Source: the human T2T-CHM13v2.0 reference genome, Homo sapiens
Assembly: GCF_009914755.1 (NCBI RefSeq)
Contig: NC_060928.1
Direction: 5' to 3' (one strand)
Length of the DNA stretch: 64,000 nucleotides
This document shows, one piece after another, positions 58,816 to 64,000 of the stretch (the stretch's first letter is position 1; each line of letters begins with the position of its first letter). The notes under the pieces were generated by a model that saw nothing but the letters and a program-made list of their open reading frames with translations, was not told where the DNA came from and did not search any database. Made by a program: the position numbers and the translations under genes.

Positions 58816-61165
58816 AACAAGCTACAACTTTTTAAGGCACCAAACAGTATAATTATTTATAAATAATTTTCTTTTGTAGACATTTTTGATGCTTAGAATT
58901 GCTTTGCTTTTTTCTTTGTTCTACAGAATGTTTTGTTAAAATATGCCTCATGTCAGCTCCACTGTATTAATGCATATTTGAGTACAAAGATACCTATTCT
59001 GACCCATTCCTTGCAGCAGACTGTATGAGGATTACCTTTGCTTCTGTGCTTGATGTTAGTCAAATGCTTTTTAAATATTCAGGTCCCAAACCAATTACTG
59101 GTCTCATATTCTCTTGGTAGTGTTCATACCCTTTTTCTTTATTTCTTTCAAAAGTGATGATAATTTTTCCACCTTCATTCTTTGGCAAGTTTATACTCAT
59201 TATTCAAATATCTCTTCTTACATAATTCAGTCCTTTGGGGACTCAAGTACAATATGTTCCTCCATGGTTCTTTTGTATTTTTTATACAACTTCCCAGTTT
59301 TTAAAATAAGTAATCTACTTATCTGTGAGTTCCTAGACAGACTCTCAACACTTTGAAAAACAAGCCCAATCAAGTTCAATTGGCAAGGCCCAGAAACAAC
59401 CAGAGTTCATGACTTAAGCAGCAGCTCACTAATATAGGTTTTGGTAGTGACATTGGGTTCTGGAACTATGCATGTCAATCATGATAAGTATGTGAGAATA
59501 ATAATACGTGCATGAGAAGTCTATCAAGAAACTGAACTGAGACACAAACTACAGTGAGGTGCTATGGAGGATGAATTAGGATTTAAACGTCTAGATATCA
59601 TCACCTTCCTTTATATCTGATGTTACAGACATGAAGGGCTAGGTGAACTGCAATACTAAAATTCTCCTTATTCTGTAAAAACTTTCGTTTTTGTAAATAT
59701 AGCTCTTTAAAATTGTTTCTTCTCTTCTTTCATCAATTTTTCTAGTTAGTGGCAAGAAGAAACTTTTCTTCTTATTTTACTTCATGTTCTGAATATGGAA
59801 TTGAATAGACAAAGGATTTTGGAATTTGGAAAGAAAATGAGATTAGATATCATTTTATGTTCACTCCATTACATTATGAATTGCTGTGTTGGAAGTAATA
59901 GAAACAGGCCTGCTATTTATAAATGTGTATTTTATGAATGGTACTTGTTAAATTTAAAATTATTATTCACAACAATATTTAAAAATAATATTTTGACAGG
60001 GATTGCAAATGCACCACCTTCTGAACTGCAAAGAATGTACTTCAATTTTCATAACTATTCTAATTAGAATTATTATAATGGATTTAAGTCCTGGAAGAAT
60101 TAGAACTGAAATCTTGCCAACACTCCATCAGTCATGATTTTAACTTTAAGCCTGTAAAGTTCCATTTAAAATACATAACAATGAGAATGTTTAGCTCTAG
60201 GGTTGAAAATGAACTCTGGCTGTTAAGTCATACAACTTAAATTAAGAAAAAAGTTTAACCATAATTAGCAAATTCTAGATTTGTTTCAAAGCTATTTTGC
60301 ATGACTTAAAGAAAGTCATTGTGTGCTTGCTATTTTCCTACCCAGATTGATTGCATAATTATCTTATCCTCCACTTGATTGAGTCCTTATAGTCACTAAA
60401 CAATCAACAACAAAAAACCTAGCTATTTTCATTATGGCCTGCTTTTTGGGGTAGAGGTGCCTGTGAAGCAATGGACAAAATAAATATCATTATCAGGAGA
60501 ATGCTAGAAAAAAATCAGAAATAATAGAATACTACGTTTAGAAACCATTGCATTTTTCCCTAGACTTTAATTTAGATATTATTAAAAATTTGAGACAAGT
60601 TATTAATTTATATGGATGGCTTGTCTTCATAATTTAATACTATGTAGTGTCACTCTAGACATTTCAAATAGAAGAAAAAAGAAATGAGACGTAATTCATG
60701 CCCCATGAGACATATTTTAGAGAAGGAAACTTGTAATCAAGTAAGCGCAGAACAGAATGGCATGCTCTAGAATAAGAAGGTCAAATCTGGCACCTATAAA
60801 TACAGTAGAGGTAAAAAAATTATAACTATGAAGGTAAGCTAAGATTTCACAAAGTGAAAGGAGAATTTAAATGAACAAAATGTGTTCAATTGTTTGTGGA
60901 AGGAGAGAGGTAGGATGAACAGCCTGTAAATCTTCAGAGATTAGCAACCAGAAAAACAACTGATTATTTTATAGGAAAACTATAAATGGTAACAAAGGTT
61001 TATTTATTTATTTTTTGTTTTAGATTAAAATACTGGGAATGATATCTCTAAAGAATATCACTTAAAATATACAGAAATATGTATGGGCGAGAGTAACAGC
61101 ATCCTGAACAGAGAAAGAGCAGAGATGGCCAACAATGATTAGAGTACAGACTTCATACTTAGAAA

Positions 61166-62243
61166 TGACAGAGGATCCTTTTGGTACTGCTTTGTCAGCT
61201 GTAGACTTCTGTGGTCAGTAGGTTCTCTGCTGGAGTTTTTCTAGTGACCACTGGGCTGGCTCCACCCACTTGGCCAAGCAGGTTGTGCTCAGCTCACACT
61301 ACCAGCCTGGATTTCACATCTGCTGCAGGTGAGCCAGACATGGAGCAATGAGAGTGTGTGAGCATGGGATCCGGCCATGGCACATAGCCAGGTATGCCTG
61401 CTGCTGCAGCATAGCAGACAGCCCCAGGTGTCAGCTCCATGTGAGGCTGCAGTTGGACCAGGCATACCCCAAGTGGCTTCTGCCTTGGGCACCAGCTACT
61501 GGACAAGGGAATGCAATGGTGCTCAAAAAACTTGGAGATGCCAGCAACCATGGAGCTCCTAAGGAAGTGAAACAGCTCTGCCTCAGGGTGCCGAGGACTG
61601 GGCCTCAGAAGGATCACAGCTTGTTGGTGTTACAGTTCATTCATTCCCATCATCCACATGCTTCCATGAATGGCGGTGTACCAGTTCATTCAGTCCCACC
61701 ACCCTGCCCCAGCCCACGGCTACTAGGCTGGTCCAGCCCTGCTGCTGCTTCCATCATGTGGGGCAGCCATCCGGCTCCAGCGAGGGTGGGAGGGCTACAA
61801 GCATTACAGCTCCTTTTGCATAGGCCATTCTGCAGGTCACAGGTTCTTGTCCCATGTCCAAGAAGAATGAGATTACATGGACAACTGAAGAGTGAGCAAA
61901 GCAGAGAAGAGTTTTATTGAGTGACAGAACAGCTCTCAGGAAAGAAGGGACCTGAAGTGTGTAGCCCCTACCTGAAAGAGGGTAGTCCCAAGGTGTGGCT
62001 GAGTCTGAGGAATTTATGTGCTCAGAATGGGGATGTGCATGCTGAATGCTCCATGGGCGGCCTGGAAAAAGCACCACTTGATTGGTGAAAAGGCATCGAG
62101 GAAGTTCACATTCTGTTAGGGGACTTTACCTGGAACCTACAGCTTGGTTTTAAGGCTTTAATTTGTCTTTGGTTTGAGGGCTGAGTTTCACTGAGGACCC
62201 TCCCCTGTGTGCCTAGGAATTTATCTGCTTCTTGCCTCTATCA
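61166..62243 (-). mobile_element. MER52-family ERV1 solo LTR
   Basis: tgaca...'gcctaggaatttatctgcttcttgcctctatca'; 'ccatgggcggcctggaaaaagcacc'; TSD gaaa/gaat. Confidence 0.82.
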
Positions 62244-63191
62244 GAATTCTTCATGGATACACTAACAGATTCTTCTTCAATATTTATAGAAATAATTTCC
62301 TCTTGGTTTATTTGTGATGTAAAATTTGTAATACTTTTTCTTAATATTAAATTGCTTTACCTTTGTGAAAAATGTGAAATTAATCCATTTTCTGTAGATT
62401 CCTTTTATAAGACCCTTTTTTTGGTTTTTAAAATTGTCTTAGAGTTTTATTCTTAAAAATTCTTTTTATTATGATTTTTAAATCACTATATATTAAGTGA
62501 CTAATGTTTTTCTGGTTATAACTAAAAACTAACAATAAAACAGGAAATTAGAATTAAAAAATATTCATATTCAATGACTTTTTAGCTTTATAGATAAATG
62601 AAAACATTTTGTGACAATTATTCATCTTATTTAAGCAGTGGAATGCTCTATTTTTATATTTGCATTACAAACGATAGGCTTATTAGAGGTTGGACTTTGA
62701 TGTCTAGCCTGCCCCAAACTTAATTCACAGCTATTTTTGTTGTTCTTAAAACCTGAAGGCTTTAGAGTTATATGTATGCATAATAAAATAAGAATTATAG
62801 TCTCTGATACCCATAATGGACAATAAGTCTTTAACCACATATTCTTTTTTACTATTTAGTACATGATTAAAAATTATCTTTTGTTCTAATTTCCATATAC
62901 ATTCATCTCTGCTAAGGACATCTACACTTAAACATGCAGCTTTCTTGCCCTTTTTGTGTATGTGCTTTGATTTACTACTGTCTTTACACAAGCCAGAAAT
63001 AACTGGTATTTCATGTGATTCCTGTGTGCTTCTGTCCTTGTCCATTTCTCCTCCCTCTACCATGTAAGCAGAACTCGAGGCCATTCTAAGGAAACCTGAG
63101 TCACAGAAACTAGTAACTGGATTCTCCTTCTAAGAGGCAGTGTTAGTATCTGATTTATGTTATTTGTATCTATTCTTAAAAAGATCATACA

Positions 63192-63855
63192 ATAGTTGGT
63201 CCTCATTATTAACAGAATCCATATTTGTGGATGGGCCTACGTGTGTGATGGTAGTGAGTCTCAACAAATGTGGACTGAAGTATGCAAAGTATTGTGTTGC
63301 CAAAAGAGATTAACATTTGAGTCAGTGGGCTGGGAAAGGCAGACCCAGCCTTAATTAGGTGGGCACCATCTAATCAGCAGAAAAATACAAAGCAGGCAGA
63401 AAAATGTGAAAAAAGAGAGACTGGCCTAGCTTCCCATCCTGCATCTTTCTCCCATGCTGGATGCTTCCTGCCCTTGAACATTGGACTCCAAGTTCTTCAG
63501 TTTTGGACTGGCTGTCCTTGCTCCTCAAGTTTGCAGACACCTTATTGTGGGACCTTGTGACTGTGTAAGCTAATACTTAATAAACTCCCATATATATGTG
63601 TGTGTGTGTGTGTGTGAGTATATATACACACATATGCACATGTATATATATATATGTGTGTGTATATATATATGTATGTGTATATATGTATGTATGTGTA
63701 TATATGTACTCACTTAAAATATACAGAAATAAATAAAATAAAATGAATACTAAAATAATAGGATTATATATCTCCTATTAGTTTTGTCCCTCTATAGAAC
63801 CCTGATTAATACAATGTATAACCCCAAAATCATTACTATTGGGCATTTAAGGGTA
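63192..63855 (+). mobile_element. MER82 5' fragment interrupted by MLT2A
   Basis: 'gttggtcctcattatt...atatttgtg' resumes as 'taaccccaaaatcattact' after the LTR. Confidence 0.65.
63244..63813 (+). mobile_element. MLT2A-type ERVL solo LTR with internal (TG/TA)n tract
   Basis: 'tgtgatgg...gagattaacatttgagtcagtgggctgggaaaggcagaccc...tcctattagttttgtccctctatagaaccctgattaataca'. Confidence 0.9.
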
Positions 63856-63917
63856 GCAAAAATTTTAACTAATAGGTATGTATATTCATAGATAAGGTGG
63901 AACAATCAGTGCTCACC

Positions 63918-64000
63918 TTTTATTTTATTTATTTATTTATTTATTTTGAGAAAGAGTCTTGCTCTTGCCACCCAGGCTAAAGTGCAATAGTGTGATCTAG
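63918..64000 (-). mobile_element. Alu 3' end, cut by the window edge
   Basis: (TTTA)n tail then gagaaagagtcttgctcttgccacccaggct. Confidence 0.88.

Noticed and set aside
61289-62077. Cluster of ORFs up to 190 aa
   Set aside because: GC-rich MER52-family LTR; no recognisable protein.

Overview
This is primate (human-like) nuclear genomic DNA, AT-rich (roughly 35% GC by eye) and dominated by repeats, typical of intergenic or deep intronic sequence. I recognise no protein-coding exon, RNA gene or CRISPR array. The ORFs I can explain come from L1, Alu, LTR or simple repeats, and the rest look like short chance frames. Contents: about 9 Alu/FLAM copies, several L1s (one classic twin-primed 5'-inverted L1PA7, and one old L1PA15/16-like element with a double inversion and a duplicated segment), MaLR/ERVL/ERV1 solo LTRs (MSTA x2, MLT1, MLT2 x2, LTR10C-like, MER52-like), DNA transposon fossils (MER20, MER58A, MER82 x2, MER96B, MER5), L2/MIR debris and a CpG-rich 26/28/30-bp purine-pyrimidine minisatellite. 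The most unusual signal is that at three separate alternating purine-pyrimidine tracts, the edge carries a 17-23 bp direct copy of sequence from 1.2-3.4 kb away. This suggests recurrent templated-insertion repair scars at these tracts. Other notable items are a 27-bp TSD-flanked micro-insertion, a 14-bp L1 3' transduction, an Alu with no TSD, a 3x73-bp LTR triplication and candidate CTCF sites. Subfamily names are from memory of consensus sequences and need RepeatMasker/Dfam confirmation.
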